The notes under the pieces: model-generated
The model's input: the letters and a program-made list of their open reading frames with translations, nothing else
What the model was told of the DNA's origin: nothing
The model's database searches: none
Shown here: positions 63,719 to 64,000 of the stretch, piece after piece
How positions within the stretch are numbered: the stretch's first letter is position 1
Layout: each line of letters starts with the position of its first letter
NCBI GenBank assembly: GCA_965655095.1
Contig: OZ296655.1
Span: 39,494,001-39,558,000, forward strand
DNA length: 64,000 bases
Source of the DNA: Haplodiscus bocki
Taxonomy: Eukaryota
Direction of reading: 5' to 3'
Position numbers and translations under genes: made by a program

Positions 63719-63893
63719 AGATTTGAACACGTTGGTGAGTCGAACGTTTCTGAGCACTTGTAAAGAGCATGGCAGAGATCCGAGGGTGGAAGCGAGGCCC
63801 AGGGGAGTGAGGTGCCTTCCGTCGGGCAGGTAAGTGTCGAAGTTCACTGGATGACGTACGCAAGGCTGAGGCACAAAAGGCATCACTCCAATG
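63719..63893 (-). CDS. TMEM94: TMEM94 internal exon (gene continues off the right edge)
   Basis: IGVMPFVPQPC..LTPLGLASTLGSLPCSL resembles TMEM94 IALDPLYPSRC..LSPLQLSGQLNSLPCSL; TTTCAG acceptor and GTGAGT donor (phase 0, joins the 58571 exon). Confidence 0.88.
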
Positions 63894-64000
63894 CTGAAAC
63901 ACACGAACATCTCTTTCACCAGCATTTTTCTTGTCAAAATTAAGTATCCCAAAGAGAGGTTGAACATCGAGAGGCGAGCAATCGCGAAACATTTTTGGGC

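Overview
Eukaryotic (invertebrate metazoan) repeat-rich genomic DNA; no prokaryotic features or CRISPR. From left to right: (1) a ~5.9 kb satellite array (monomer ~380 bp, with higher-order and duplicated blocks) whose monomer matches the PPT/U3 junction of an adjacent LTR family; (2) a partial LTR element (5960-7773); (3) a decayed env-bearing Ty3/Gypsy (Metaviridae-like) element on the minus strand (~9.5-21.3 kb) with ORF0-gag-PR-RT-(RH mostly deleted)-TARG1-type macrodomain-IN, a class I (furin site + fusion peptide) env and an orphan ORF; (4) an intronless JmjC pseudogene; (5) a small spliced host gene on the + strand (137 aa, PLAT-like), whose 24 kb intron holds (6) a giant ~21.5 kb Gypsy-type element with ~2.9 kb LTRs, a macrodomain at a different pol position, two orphan ORFs, a chuvirus/gB-like class III env and a captured RING-less TRAF (MATH) gene; (7) the last three coding exons of TMEM94 (minus strand), whose introns hold a Tc1/mariner-type MITE and (8) a full-length but frameshifted Ingi-like LINE with a 5' HDV-like ribozyme fold, a 2A/StopGo peptide, four PHD fingers, APE, RT, RNase H, a CCHC finger and a 12-bp TSD. 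All assignments come from reading the sequence and recalled family motifs; no searches were run.
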